Source: a virus (taxonomy: Duplodnaviria > Caudoviricetes). From it: 64,000 nucleotides of DNA. Under the pieces are notes generated by a model that saw nothing but the letters and a program-made list of their open reading frames with translations, had not been told where the DNA came from and did not search any database. A program made the translations under genes and the position numbers. Numbering within the stretch: the stretch's first letter is position 1; each line of letters starts with the position of its first letter. Positions 28,469-39,096 of this stretch are shown piece after piece. Location of the stretch: IMG/VR virus record IMGVR_UViG_3300032007_000028; one strand, written 5' to 3'.

Positions 28469-30202
28469 TTAGCACTCTTCGATGCCCGCGATATAATCCT
28501 GCAGAATCTCAAGAGTCTCTTTATCCGACTTGTCGTCGATGATGTAATCACTCATCGCTCGTTTTCTCTCAATCGTCTTGGAGATACGCGAATCTATCGT
28601 TCTGTCGCATATCAAATTATACACGAACACGGGCTTTTTCGCACCTATTCTGTGAATTCTGTCGCACGCCTGAAGATAGTCTGATGCGGTCCACGGCTGG
28701 TCTATGAATATCATATAGGACGCACTCGTCAACGTCACACCAGTGCCCATCTTCGAGATTGTGCCTATGAATACTTTTTTGCTTGGGTCCATTTGAAACT
28801 CGTCGATGTTGTCGGAAACTTCCGCGTCGCTCATATCGCCAGTGCCTATCAAGGGCGAATATTGTATCAACGCGTCTCGCAGTCTGTATACGGGTTCCTT
28901 GAATGTCGAGAAGATTACGACCTTCTCTCCGTTGCCGACGATTTCATCGACAAGCTCGACAGCACGTTCCAACTTGCATGACGTAACATCCGAAGAAGTG
29001 AGCACGCTTGGACACGTCGTCGCCTGTTTGAGACGCACAATCAGCGAAAGCATATTGGACGCCTTAATGCTGACTTTGTCGCACATCTCGTCGATGGTCT
29101 CTTTATTGAACCACTTAGACGCGTCGTTCGAATTCCCTCGTATCAACGACAGCAGTGCGAAATACATCGAAGACTGCTCTTTGTCCATCGTCAGATATTC
29201 GTCAATGAACGTTCTCTCTGGTAAGTCAAGCATGTCCTTCGTTCTGCGAAGGGAGCAGGAATCTATCTCGTCCTTCAACGCGTCTATGTTCTTGTAGCCG
29301 ATTATTCTGCCCCTCGTCATCTGGTCGAATACACAGTACATGCTCTTGAACTTCGTGACGCTGTTCTTGGGCTCTTTTCCGATGAACACGAGTGGAACAT
29401 ACGCGTCTACTGGATTGTTCGTCAGAAGTGTGCCTGTAGCGGCTACCACATTGTTCGCGGTCAACTTCAGAAGATTCTTTCCTTGAGCCGAGGCCCATCC
29501 TTTGGCACAATGTGCCTCATCCAGGGCAATCATCCCAATCTTATTTGGGCCCTTTTGCAAAGCATCGATTATCCTGTCGTCTCTGAGCGATTCTATGTTG
29601 ACGATGATGAAGAACTCGTCTATTTTGTTCATCAGTCTCTCAGCGCGTTTCTGCACGGAATCCCATGTGATGTTGCCCGTCTTCGTCTCGTGAGCGCCAA
29701 GAATCATGCAAGACAGTTTTGAGTGTCTGTTTATCTCTTTGCGCCAATTCGCTCTAAGCGTTGCGACACCACAGATGATAAGACAGTGCTCTATCCCCTT
29801 AGATGCTTTCAGCTCCTCTGCAAGATAGATTATCTGAAGACTTTTGCCAAGACCTGGTGCGTCGAGAAGAAGAAATTTATCGTTGTTCAGACCGAACTCG
29901 ATTCCCTCTAATTGATAATCGAATGGCTTCGTTCGATATTCGTCGACGAGTTTTGGCTTAATGATGTCTTTGTCGTTTGCTTCAGGCATCAGTTTCAACT
30001 CTATGTCGTCGAAAAAAGTCAAGTTGTCTAGAATATAAGAAAGAGACGAAACTGGTACTTCCCATTCTTTCGTGTTCTTATCAAAGGAATACGTACCACA
30101 CGACTTGACGACGTTGATTAGGTTCTTGTCGTAGTCAAACGATATGAAAAGAGAGGTGAGACCACTCAGTCCTCTCTTCCTGTCTTCTCTTATTTTAATC
30201 AT
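28469..30202 (-). CDS. SNF2-family helicase (HARP-like N-terminus)
   Basis: DAPGLGKS, DEAH, TGT, GTGVTLT.A, QACDRIHRIG. Confidence 0.9.
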   Translation of the reverse strand: MIKIREDRKRGLSGLTSLFISFDYDKNLINVVKSCGTYSFDKNTKEWEVPVSSLSYILDNLTFFDDIELKLMPEANDKDIIKPKLVDEYRTKPFDYQLEGIEFGLNNDKFLLLDAPGLGKSLQIIYLAEELKASKGIEHCLIICGVATLRANWRKEINRHSKLSCMILGAHETKTGNITWDSVQKRAERLMNKIDEFFIIVNIESLRDDRIIDALQKGPNKIGMIALDEAHCAKGWASAQGKNLLKLTANNVVAATGTLLTNNPVDAYVPLVFIGKEPKNSVTKFKSMYCVFDQMTRGRIIGYKNIDALKDEIDSCSLRRTKDMLDLPERTFIDEYLTMDKEQSSMYFALLSLIRGNSNDASKWFNKETIDEMCDKVSIKASNMLSLIVRLKQATTCPSVLTSSDVTSCKLERAVELVDEIVGNGEKVVIFSTFKEPVYRLRDALIQYSPLIGTGDMSDAEVSDNIDEFQMDPSKKVFIGTISKMGTGVTLTSASYMIFIDQPWTASDYLQACDRIHRIGAKKPVFVYNLICDRTIDSRISKTIERKRAMSDYIIDDKSDKETLEILQDYIAGIEEC

Positions 30203-30498
30203 CGCCAGATACCGACGTCGTCGAATTTGATTTCATAATCGTCTTCGCATTCGTCGACCAACTTGGAAGAGAACGAAAATTCGATTGTGGAAACAAACTT
30301 TTTCGAGCAATAGTCACAGATATACTCTTCGCTTACGATGGAGTCGTCTCTGTCCGTATACTCGATTATCCCGTTTTTGTCTTTCATGACTTTGGGATGA
30401 CCGAAAAGTTCCGATGCGACGAAAATCTCTTCGGGTAAATACTCGGCACCGCAATGCGGGCACTTGATTAGATTTTTTGTGGTTTCGTTTGGTTTCAT
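30199..30498 (-). CDS. zinc-ribbon protein
   Basis: CPHC..CDYC. Confidence 0.75.
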   Translation of the reverse strand: MKPNETTKNLIKCPHCGAEYLPEEIFVASELFGHPKVMKDKNGIIEYTDRDDSIVSEEYICDYCSKKFVSTIEFSFSSKLVDECEDDYEIKFDDVGIWR

Positions 30499-30547
30499 CG
30501 TAACATATTATACACTCAATATGATACAATGAGCGTAAATTATAAGA

Positions 30548-32026
30548 CTAATAAAATATCTCTATCCAGTTGCTTCCACCAGCGTGGGCACCGATAGCGT
30601 ATGAACCAGAGTCGTAGTAACCTCCACCACCGGTTCCCTTTGAGCCGTCTAAACCAGAGCCGTCTGCGTATGCAGATGCGCCACCACGTATGGCGTTTCC
30701 AGTTCGAGCTTCAAATTCCTTTTTCATATACGATACGTTTCTGTCTGATTCGTAATCTGTCAAAGTGCAATAGGTATAGTTGAATCCGGCAGAACCATTA
30801 CTGCCTTTTTCGCTCTTTCTGTCCCATATCAATCCTGATGAAGACGGATTATCGACGAATTTTGGATTCTCTAATTCTTCGTACGAACCTATATTGTAGC
30901 TCTCGAATTCGTCTATGTTTAGTTGGTCTCTCATGTCGTATATATCGTCGGAGTCTGTAAGTATGAACGGATACGCGCCAGACAAATCGTTGCTGTTCGC
31001 ATCATAGTTTATTACTTCGTATTCACGTTCATCTTCGTCGTTATACGCAGTAACTTTAAGTCGCTCTTCGTGACTTGACGAGTCACATTCAAACACTATT
31101 CTATTGACAGGATAGAATGTCGACGAATATGAATATGAAGACGTAACGTACATATTGCTTAGAGAAATCGTTCTCGTACCTGGCCATGAACCATATGCGC
31201 AGAAATTCTGATAGTGGTCTTTTAACAGTTGCAAATCAAGACTGCTCTTGTAGAATTCCCACACACCCAACGTTTCTTGCTTCTCCAGCCACGTTCTCAG
31301 GTCAGCATCGCCGACCTCGCCACCCTTACCATTAGTCGCTGACGACGATGAAAGAACGCCAGACTTTCCACCGCCTATGGAACGATATTTAGTATCTCGA
31401 ATTTTCAGGTACGTATCCGAACCGTCTTTACCTTTCATTGACGCACCTGATTGAGTATATGTATTGTCTGCGCCACTGCCCCCTGAGAAAACGACGTTTC
31501 CCGCGGTCAAAGTGACTATGCCAGCCCATAACGCGCCTGCCCCTCCAGTCGCATATCCCCAAGATGAGTAGTACACGCCTGCACCACCTGCTCCTTGCAC
31601 GACGGCGAAAAGTTTCGTCGGAACCACCCCTCCATGGAAATAGCTAGCAGGATAATCGAACACAGTAGTGCCGTTACCGAAATTATGCCTCAGTCTCAGT
31701 TTATCTTGATATCTTTCTATCGTCAAATCGTTACCATTCGCTGTACCGCCCTCGAAAAGCTTGCTTTTCAATGTTGGTTTTGTACCGAACGCGATAGAGG
31801 AAATCGAATAGCCGTTGTTCTTATACTGAGGCACTGTCATTGAGTCATTCCACTCGTCGTGAGATGTCCAAACCTGAAGATACTCAGAAATGTTGTTTTC
31901 CGTGAATTTATAGTTGGAATACGAAGTGAAAGCGCAGCCGTCGTAATTCGGCAACGCCTCAGATAACGGTACAGATGTACCATTTATGTTTATCTTATAG
32001 TAACTGTTGGCTCTCGAAATTGCCAT
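30548..32026 (-). CDS. glycine-rich tail fibre / receptor-binding protein
   Basis: VVQGAGGAG, GGAG, GTGGGG..AGGS glycine-rich domain with a large central insertion; follows the fibre gene. Confidence 0.6.
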   Translation of the reverse strand: MAISRANSYYKININGTSVPLSEALPNYDGCAFTSYSNYKFTENNISEYLQVWTSHDEWNDSMTVPQYKNNGYSISSIAFGTKPTLKSKLFEGGTANGNDLTIERYQDKLRLRHNFGNGTTVFDYPASYFHGGVVPTKLFAVVQGAGGAGVYYSSWGYATGGAGALWAGIVTLTAGNVVFSGGSGADNTYTQSGASMKGKDGSDTYLKIRDTKYRSIGGGKSGVLSSSSATNGKGGEVGDADLRTWLEKQETLGVWEFYKSSLDLQLLKDHYQNFCAYGSWPGTRTISLSNMYVTSSYSYSSTFYPVNRIVFECDSSSHEERLKVTAYNDEDEREYEVINYDANSNDLSGAYPFILTDSDDIYDMRDQLNIDEFESYNIGSYEELENPKFVDNPSSSGLIWDRKSEKGSNGSAGFNYTYCTLTDYESDRNVSYMKKEFEARTGNAIRGGASAYADGSGLDGSKGTGGGGYYDSGSYAIGAHAGGSNWIEIFY

Positions 32027-32027
32027 G

Positions 32028-33578
32028 TTACTTACCTCTCTTTAGTTCTTCGACTTCTTCTTTTAACTTCTTGACTTCGTTGAGAAGAAGATACACTATC
32101 TTTGATTCCTCTATGGACAGATATCCGTCTTCGTTTTCGTGAACGATTTCTGGGCAAATTCTCTGCAAATCCTGGGCAATGCATCCGATATGGTGAGAGC
32201 TGTCGTTCTCATAATCGAATTCCTTGACTTCGAGACCTAGTATGTCCCCTTTGCACTCGAAGTCTTTTACGTTCTTCTTCAATCTGACGTCTGACATCGC
32301 GTTGAAAGAATTGGCTTGTATCTGACCCGATGCTGTAACAGACGATGCTGAAATCGCACCGCTTGCAGTCAAAGAAGTTACGGACGGAGTCAACGTATAA
32401 GTTATCGCTGAGCCGTTCCATGTAAGCAATTGATTTTCCGTCGTGCCTGCTGAAGTTGGGGCGTAGAAGACTGCAACGTCTGCACCTTTAGGAGTACCAT
32501 TGAGAGTGACTGAAGTACCGCCAGCAAATCTACTGCATGCCTTCAATACACCGCCGTCTTGATAAATAGGTATGTTTGTGTTTCCGATGTCGCTAGCCGC
32601 CCATACTGGTCTGTTGTTCGGCGAAGATTCGCTGTATGCCCACATCAAATACTGACCGGACTGGCCAGAACTTTCAGGCGAATACACGGTCGCATCGGCG
32701 GCACCCTTATTGACACCATTCAGCGTTACTTTCGTGCCCCCTGCGTATGTGCTTCCCGCTGTGATGACGCCGTCTTTCATGTACACGGATTGCGTCGCGG
32801 AGCCTACTGTCGAACTTATCCAAGACGGCGTAGGAGTACCTGAACCTAAAAGCTGATTGACTCTGTCGCCTGCAGACGTCGGTGCAAACACGTTGCCTAA
32901 AGAGACGTTGGCTGAGCCGTCGAAAGACTTACTGCTGCCATTGAGATTGACTGCCAAGGTATGATTGACTTTGTCTGCACTTGTCGCGTTGCCAGAAACA
33001 TCTGCTGTAATCGTCTTGCCAGTTTCCGCGACGACATTGCTGGACAATGTTATCGTGTTCCCAGAGTTCGCTGAAATCTTATCAGTTTTGAATTCAGAAG
33101 CGATGTTTTTACCAGTCGTTGAAGAAACTGATTTAGCGTCAATCTTCAATTTGCTTCCTTCAGGAACCGAACCGTCTGTGCCGAACACCTCTATCGAATA
33201 CGTCGCGTCTCCGTCTGCAGTTGTGCCAAAATACAGACCAACGAAATTACCGCCAACGTCAAGCGTTGTATCGTCATTGAACGACGAAAGATTTCCCGTA
33301 TTGCTTATCTTTATGTTCGCGAAAAGCGAATTGTTCTCTGGTCTTATCGCTGAAAGAGCATTACTGACGACGACGAATCTGTATCCGCCAAGAACGATGA
33401 CCACAGTATCGCCAGCATCTTCTACATATGAATCGTAGTCCAAGGACGACGAGTTGAGATTGCCGAGATTTCTTTCGGTAAGAAGATAGGAGTCTTTATG
33501 ACTGTCGTCGCTTCTTCTGAAAGCCGAAGGAAACACGCTTACATTTTGACTGGATACGTAATTTGGTGTATAAGACAT
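32028..33578 (-). CDS. tail fibre with C-terminal intramolecular chaperone (peptidase S74-like)
   Basis: Internal repeats (V.LNG..K....YAPTSAG, three copies); SDVRLKKNV..GCIAQDLQ..PEIV; coiled-coil end. Confidence 0.85.
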   Translation of the reverse strand: MSYTPNYVSSQNVSVFPSAFRRSDDSHKDSYLLTERNLGNLNSSSLDYDSYVEDAGDTVVIVLGGYRFVVVSNALSAIRPENNSLFANIKISNTGNLSSFNDDTTLDVGGNFVGLYFGTTADGDATYSIEVFGTDGSVPEGSKLKIDAKSVSSTTGKNIASEFKTDKISANSGNTITLSSNVVAETGKTITADVSGNATSADKVNHTLAVNLNGSSKSFDGSANVSLGNVFAPTSAGDRVNQLLGSGTPTPSWISSTVGSATQSVYMKDGVITAGSTYAGGTKVTLNGVNKGAADATVYSPESSGQSGQYLMWAYSESSPNNRPVWAASDIGNTNIPIYQDGGVLKACSRFAGGTSVTLNGTPKGADVAVFYAPTSAGTTENQLLTWNGSAITYTLTPSVTSLTASGAISASSVTASGQIQANSFNAMSDVRLKKNVKDFECKGDILGLEVKEFDYENDSSHHIGCIAQDLQRICPEIVHENEDGYLSIEESKIVYLLLNEVKKLKEEVEELKRGK

Positions 33579-33597
33579 ATTGTTCTCCTATTCGTTC

Positions 33598-34113
33598 TTA
33601 TTGTTTATTGGAAATGGTCATTTTCCACAGAATGACCGCGTTCGTTCCAGCATCTACTTCACCGATGCTCTCTGAAAGCATTGCATATGCAGACCATTTT
33701 GATTTATCGTTTATGTTCTCAAGACTGTACATGGCTATCGCGTTCGCGCTTGCTTCTTGAACGAGATAGGTGCCAGGTACGATGAACGTATGTTCGACGT
33801 ACGCATACTCGCCATCTTCGTCTGCACCTGAGCCTACGGTCGTGGACGCGACTGGCAAATAAGTCGTCGTCACTTCTGTCGCCGTAGATGGGTCCAATGG
33901 CTCACCAGATTGACCTTCGACGCTGTACAGTCTTATATACCACGGCTTTTTGTCTTGCTGAAACGAACCTTTCAGACAGTTTGCGATGTACTGAAAAAGA
34001 TAGACGGAGCCCTCGTTGTGAGTTTTTCTGGTTTTCTTTACTTTACCGTTTTTGACGAGTTTTACTGTGACTTCGCCTTTATATGAGATATTCTCTCCAG
34101 TTTTATTCTTCAT
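33598..34113 (-). CDS. tail/baseplate-associated protein
   Basis: YKGEV.V...HNEG..W.MTI beta-rich; structural gene cluster. Confidence 0.55.
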   Translation of the reverse strand: MKNKTGENISYKGEVTVKLVKNGKVKKTRKTHNEGSVYLFQYIANCLKGSFQQDKKPWYIRLYSVEGQSGEPLDPSTATEVTTTYLPVASTTVGSGADEDGEYAYVEHTFIVPGTYLVQEASANAIAMYSLENINDKSKWSAYAMLSESIGEVDAGTNAVILWKMTISNKQ

Positions 34114-34192
34114 CAGTCGACCTCTGTGTTTATTTAACTGTTCTGTATATCATTGAATTTAGCAATTTTAGCGTATTTTATGTCAAGTCGAT

Positions 34193-34499
34193 TCACATTT
34201 GCACCGCGTTCGCTTCAAGCCACGCGATTAGGGTTGCGTTGGTCGCGTCCGTGCCACCTGTGATTGTAATAGTTTTATAAGCATTATTAGACCAAGTATC
34301 ATTTCTTGAATTATAAACTCTATCACTACTCAATTCATCATAATAATAGTCAAGTCCTTGATTGTCTGGTCCGTCACCCATATCTGAGCCAATATCATAT
34401 ACTATGCCAAATTGAACAAACGAAGTATTATTTGATGTGAAGCTTAAATCGTAGGTATAGTTTTGCATATCAACATCTACAACGCTATTCAATAGCCAC
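34193..34499 (-). pseudogene. out-of-frame C-terminal domain of the 34500-35222 baseplate protein (+1 shift)
   Basis: Frame reads GTKWLLN..WSNNAYKTITITGGTDATNATLIAWLEANA; no SD; removing 1 nt from ACCTGG fuses it to PVTGLT. Confidence 0.55.
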
Positions 34500-35222
34500 T
34501 TAGTTCCAGGTCAGGCCCGTAACGGGCTCAGGAGTCGGGCCTTCGCTCGTAGTCCCATCGCTGACTACGCTTATATACGCAACAGACGATTCGTCTATTT
34601 CCAACAGGTTCTTATACGTAGGTACAGTCGTATTCTTATCGGGCGTATCCGTATCGTTGGATACAACGCTGAGTTTACCACTTGAAAATGTCTTATTGAC
34701 CTCTGCTTCAGTGGACACGACGATTTTCGCATCATCGACTTTTCCAGCGATGTCAGCATAAAGAAACGTATATTCCTGCCCTGCTGGCATTATGTAGTCG
34801 AACACGTCTTCGAGAAGCGTCGTCGACGACACATTCACAGGCAATACTATGGTCAAAGACCTGACATTGTCGCCAGCGTAGACTATTTGATATCTGCCCC
34901 TTATTCCCTGAGCGGCCAAAAACGTTTCTATCGTCAACTCGATTCCCCTAATCGAGCCTTTGTTGTGCATAATCTCGACGAAAGACGAGCATATTGCGCG
35001 AAATTCGGATTCGTTGTATTTGTGTTTGTTGTCGAATCCAATCGTCTTTGCGAGAAGGGAAAGAAGTCTTATGTCGACGTTCTTGCTGAACGGGCATTCG
35101 CGAATCAAGTCTATTTCGGTCTTGCTCTCGTTGGAAAGAATCTCCAAAACGCGTGCTATCGTCTGAAAGTCACGCGAATCGTCGTAGTATACCTGAGGCG
35201 TCTTATGATATAGATTTATCAT
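34500..35222 (-). CDS. baseplate protein (gpI/wedge-like)
   Basis: P.VYY..SRDFQ, LL.LLA..IGF, KGS..GIE, YIMPAG. Confidence 0.7.
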   Translation of the reverse strand: MINLYHKTPQVYYDDSRDFQTIARVLEILSNESKTEIDLIRECPFSKNVDIRLLSLLAKTIGFDNKHKYNESEFRAICSSFVEIMHNKGSIRGIELTIETFLAAQGIRGRYQIVYAGDNVRSLTIVLPVNVSSTTLLEDVFDYIMPAGQEYTFLYADIAGKVDDAKIVVSTEAEVNKTFSSGKLSVVSNDTDTPDKNTTVPTYKNLLEIDESSVAYISVVSDGTTSEGPTPEPVTGLTWN

Positions 35223-38200
35223 AGTCTGGAACTCCTCATTATCTCAATCGAACTTCCGCCTTCGTCGAGACTCAGCACGAGTTGCGTAATCGTGAATCTG
35301 CTGGCGACGTTGTTCACGTCGTAGAACGCATAGGGCGAATCAAGTTTTTTCGTTTCTATCGCACTCTCATTATTTATGTCCAGCGTATAGCAGAATTGAC
35401 CTTTCGATATGGATTTTATATCATTGAGAAGAGCAGTTTCTTCCGCCTGATTTAGAAGACCGAATCTGGAATTGATTCCAGAGTAGTATCTCAACTTACC
35501 AATCGTCAATTTACCACTTACGTTCTCGCCTGCGGCGAACGTAATACTTGTCGTTCCTTCTGGAATCTTGACTACGGTCATTCCTGCGGCTAAAGATGAT
35601 ATATTGTCACCTGATTCGAATTCCTTCAACTGCTTACTTGCTGATATCGTCATATCGTCACTTTCGTCTGCTGGAGCCCAATACAACATTACGACGGCGT
35701 CTTCATTCAGGCCAGGTATGCTAAACGTTTTGCTTTCTGAACTGTCTATATCAATCTCAGCGAATCCCTTGTCACCTCTCGGCGGCAAAGACGTTGCGTC
35801 TTGAGTATATGCATATAAAGACACTTCGTAAACCTCCGACATATTGCCGTCAACGTCTGCTTTCCACGAAGCGAGGTTTATCTCAGGTCCAGACGCTTGA
35901 CTGACCGCATTCAGCTTGAACGTAACGTTTGACGACAGAGATGCTGTCTTATCGTCGGATAGAGTTATCGTGACGCTTTGGTCTGCGTTCAACGTCTGTC
36001 CCAAATTCGGTCCAACGTTCAAATCGAGTCTGCCCAAAATGTAAGAAGAGATTCCAACGTTCACATCGGAAACGCTATGCACTTCTGTTTCTCCCTTGAA
36101 CACATAAGAGATTTTGGATGCATTGTCTTGCAAATCGATGAGTTCGTTTTTGTTGTTTGGGGCCAAATTTATACTGACTTTGTTGTCGGTTGAATAAATC
36201 TTATCGCCCTCAAGTAACGTCGTAATGGACGTCTCAACGATGGTGATGTAATCAGAGACATTGTCGAACGGCATGCGTCTCATCTTACTAACGAAAGCTG
36301 ATAGACCGTCCTTGGCTATGTCGCTATACGAAACGGGTGCGCCCAAAGTCCAAAGGCTCTGAGAAGTCAATCCCGTTCTGCGAATGATGGTTCCACTACC
36401 TACGGATACGAATTCTGTTCTCGCATCGTTTGCATAGAAGAAGTATTCGCCGTCACCCAATATGATTTCAGTGTCATCGCCTTCGAAAAGCGTGTTTCCT
36501 TGTGTGTTTCTAATCCAGTAGCACCATGTCTGGGACTTAAGCTCGACAGAATTTACCTGCTTTTCGTCGATGCTTTGAGAAGACATCAGCATTGGATAGT
36601 CATCACCAGTAGGAATCAAATTGAAGCCATTGGGCTGAATAATCTTCCCTTTTTCGAATAATACGTCCTTTGTATCTCCGTCTGGATTGGTGTACTTCAA
36701 CTGAAGTTTTTCACCTGCACCCAACTTATACACTTTGCCATCGTTTACTGGATTGCCTATGTATTTATACTTTACACCATAAGTATAATGAGTCTTAGTC
36801 AATATATTCGGCTCGATGACTTGAATTGCTTCGTTCTGCTTTAGTTCATATTGAGCAGAGGTTATCGTTTTCTTAAGAAGAGTAGTCAACTTTTTGATAT
36901 TATCGCACACAGATTTAATTTCAGCATCTTCTTCTGTTTCTTCTCTTATTGTATAGGAGCCTTCACCAAATTCGTAGAAGAATCTTTGGTCGTATTCGAA
37001 AAGAGACACTTTTCCTTCGACGATGTTGTGAGCGAGAGTAAGAATATAGTATTGTCTACCTCGCGTAGTATTCATTGAGAATTCTCTGACTTCGTCTATC
37101 GCAGAACGACTCATGAACACTGTGTTGAGTTCGGGCTCCATCAAAGATACGGAGTTTATCCTCTTGTCAGCTTCCTCTATCGCCTTCAGTATGCTTTCAT
37201 AAGGAATTTCCTGCCCGTAATCGACGTTTCTCGCATTGAACTTGTTCATCAAATTCGTTATGACGTTTTTGATTATCTCCGCGCGTTCGTATTCGTCGAC
37301 TTTCTTCGTAGTCGCTATTCTTGCGTCAAGCGTTGCATAGTTCTTTATCGCATACAGGTCGTTTGCGCCTAGTTCTTTGTAGTCATGGGAAACCGTCTTG
37401 ATGTCCTCAATCTTTACGCCATTGAACTCAGCGCGTTCCGTTATGTCTACAGGCACCCCACGGTCGTTGTAAGGCAAAAACGATGAGTAGTAACCAGCCA
37501 ATGACGCAGTAGTGTACGGCTTCAGCGGGTATAGACACAGGTCATTCGCCGCTATTTCGTCGGAAGGAACGTTTATCGCATGTATACCATTCTGCGAGAA
37601 TGTCATGACTTTTGTACCATAGTTGATGTCGTTTCTTCTATCGGACACCTGAACGTTGGATACCCACGGGATGTCGTAGTCATCCGTCATATTGTAGATG
37701 AAGTTCGCATAGTCTCTGCAAGACACGAGCGTATCGAACGTACCGACGGTCTTCTTAAACGAATTGTACGCGTCGTCTATCGACTGAGGATTCGCACCAC
37801 CAAAAGACGACGACACATTCGTCACGGTCACCGAATCGTTCCCAATTACTCTTTTTATGTATCTTGACTTGACGTTTCCGTTTTCCCCGTCCGTCTTTAT
37901 GTAGTTGACCGTTATGCCTGAACCTATGATGCTGATGATGTCTTCCGGGAATTCGACGTATGGTAATCTACGAGACGAATCGTATCCGAACTTATACACT
38001 CTCTTTCCAGGCGTAACGATGTTGAGATTGTGCACCCTTTCCCATCTGAAACCGTCATCGACTGACTCGATGAACACACCGTTCTGAGCGACGTTCTCTA
38101 TCGGGAAATACAGTCTGTTGTTGTCGTCTATGTTGTCCAGAGTTATCGTCGTATTCTCACTGGACAATATGTATAGAGGCATCAGTTCGCCCTGCAAAGC

Positions 38201-38659
38201 CGGTATGAGAGGCGCGTACTCAACGTTTTTGTTTACTTCAGCGTCTTTGACGAGAACGAAGGAAACGCCGTCGTCTTCGTTCGACGACACTCTGGTTTTA
38301 AACGCTGGAAGACTTATGGTCTCTTCGCTGTCAGTGTAGAACTGAACTTGGACCGTCGAGGCCACATAATAATTCATCTCGCATCCCATCATCTCCACCA
38401 ATTTGCGCATCGACGATTCCTGCGTCGCGGAGGGCATGAAGCATTCCAATACGTTCTTATCTATATTGTAGTTCAGTTTGTCGCCAATGAACGCCATCAA
38501 CTTCAAAAGAACGACGCCAGGGTCGCTTTCGTTTGAGGTCTCAGGGTCCCATTTGTCTGTCAACTTCTTCACCAAATCGAGAAGTTCAGGATAAATGGAT
38601 GCGAAGTCCTTGTTGATGTATGATTTATTTGAAATCTGAAGTTCGTTTTCGTTAATCAT
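35219..38659 (-). CDS. baseplate wedge protein (gp6/J-like)
   Basis: SYINKDF.SI, W..SNESDPGVVLL, LNYNIDK...E, LVS.RDY. Confidence 0.88.
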   Translation of the reverse strand: MINENELQISNKSYINKDFASIYPELLDLVKKLTDKWDPETSNESDPGVVLLKLMAFIGDKLNYNIDKNVLECFMPSATQESSMRKLVEMMGCEMNYYVASTVQVQFYTDSEETISLPAFKTRVSSNEDDGVSFVLVKDAEVNKNVEYAPLIPALQGELMPLYILSSENTTITLDNIDDNNRLYFPIENVAQNGVFIESVDDGFRWERVHNLNIVTPGKRVYKFGYDSSRRLPYVEFPEDIISIIGSGITVNYIKTDGENGNVKSRYIKRVIGNDSVTVTNVSSSFGGANPQSIDDAYNSFKKTVGTFDTLVSCRDYANFIYNMTDDYDIPWVSNVQVSDRRNDINYGTKVMTFSQNGIHAINVPSDEIAANDLCLYPLKPYTTASLAGYYSSFLPYNDRGVPVDITERAEFNGVKIEDIKTVSHDYKELGANDLYAIKNYATLDARIATTKKVDEYERAEIIKNVITNLMNKFNARNVDYGQEIPYESILKAIEEADKRINSVSLMEPELNTVFMSRSAIDEVREFSMNTTRGRQYYILTLAHNIVEGKVSLFEYDQRFFYEFGEGSYTIREETEEDAEIKSVCDNIKKLTTLLKKTITSAQYELKQNEAIQVIEPNILTKTHYTYGVKYKYIGNPVNDGKVYKLGAGEKLQLKYTNPDGDTKDVLFEKGKIIQPNGFNLIPTGDDYPMLMSSQSIDEKQVNSVELKSQTWCYWIRNTQGNTLFEGDDTEIILGDGEYFFYANDARTEFVSVGSGTIIRRTGLTSQSLWTLGAPVSYSDIAKDGLSAFVSKMRRMPFDNVSDYITIVETSITTLLEGDKIYSTDNKVSINLAPNNKNELIDLQDNASKISYVFKGETEVHSVSDVNVGISSYILGRLDLNVGPNLGQTLNADQSVTITLSDDKTASLSSNVTFKLNAVSQASGPEINLASWKADVDGNMSEVYEVSLYAYTQDATSLPPRGDKGFAEIDIDSSESKTFSIPGLNEDAVVMLYWAPADESDDMTISASKQLKEFESGDNISSLAAGMTVVKIPEGTTSITFAAGENVSGKLTIGKLRYYSGINSRFGLLNQAEETALLNDIKSISKGQFCYTLDINNESAIETKKLDSPYAFYDVNNVASRFTITQLVLSLDEGGSSIEIMRSSRL

Positions 38660-38662
38660 GCT

Positions 38663-39034
38663 TTATCTCCCCTCGTCGTCGAGTAAGTCCAATTGATACA
38701 TATTCGTGGTGAAGTCGACCTGATTCACCGCCCTTATCTGCGCTATGAGCTTCTTTCCTTTGCTCAGTATCTTTATGTCTTTTCTAGTCACTGACAGTTG
38801 TGGCGTGAACACCTTCATCTGAGTCAATATCTCGTCGACAATCAAGTCGCGCAATACGACGTTGTTCTGCTCGAAATAGTATCTTCTCAAGCGTATTCCA
38901 AAAAACGGGTCGCCCAGCAACTCGCCCTTCTCTGATGACAGAAGCAGAAGCAGGTCTTGCATTGACGCGGCTTTATCTTTCACGACGTTCGTGGACGTCG
39001 ATGTGAACATATCCGGATACTTTATCGAATTCAT
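38663..39034 (-). CDS. baseplate wedge gp25-like (sheath initiator)
   Basis: LL.SEKGEL.GDP.FG..L..Y.FEQN. Confidence 0.9.
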   Translation of the reverse strand: MNSIKYPDMFTSTSTNVVKDKAASMQDLLLLLSSEKGELLGDPFFGIRLRRYYFEQNNVVLRDLIVDEILTQMKVFTPQLSVTRKDIKILSKGKKLIAQIRAVNQVDFTTNMYQLDLLDDEGR

Positions 39035-39096
39035 AATTATACTCAATCAATTTAGCGTTGTGCTACGCTCTTTGTCTTTATAATTTTATATTGTTT

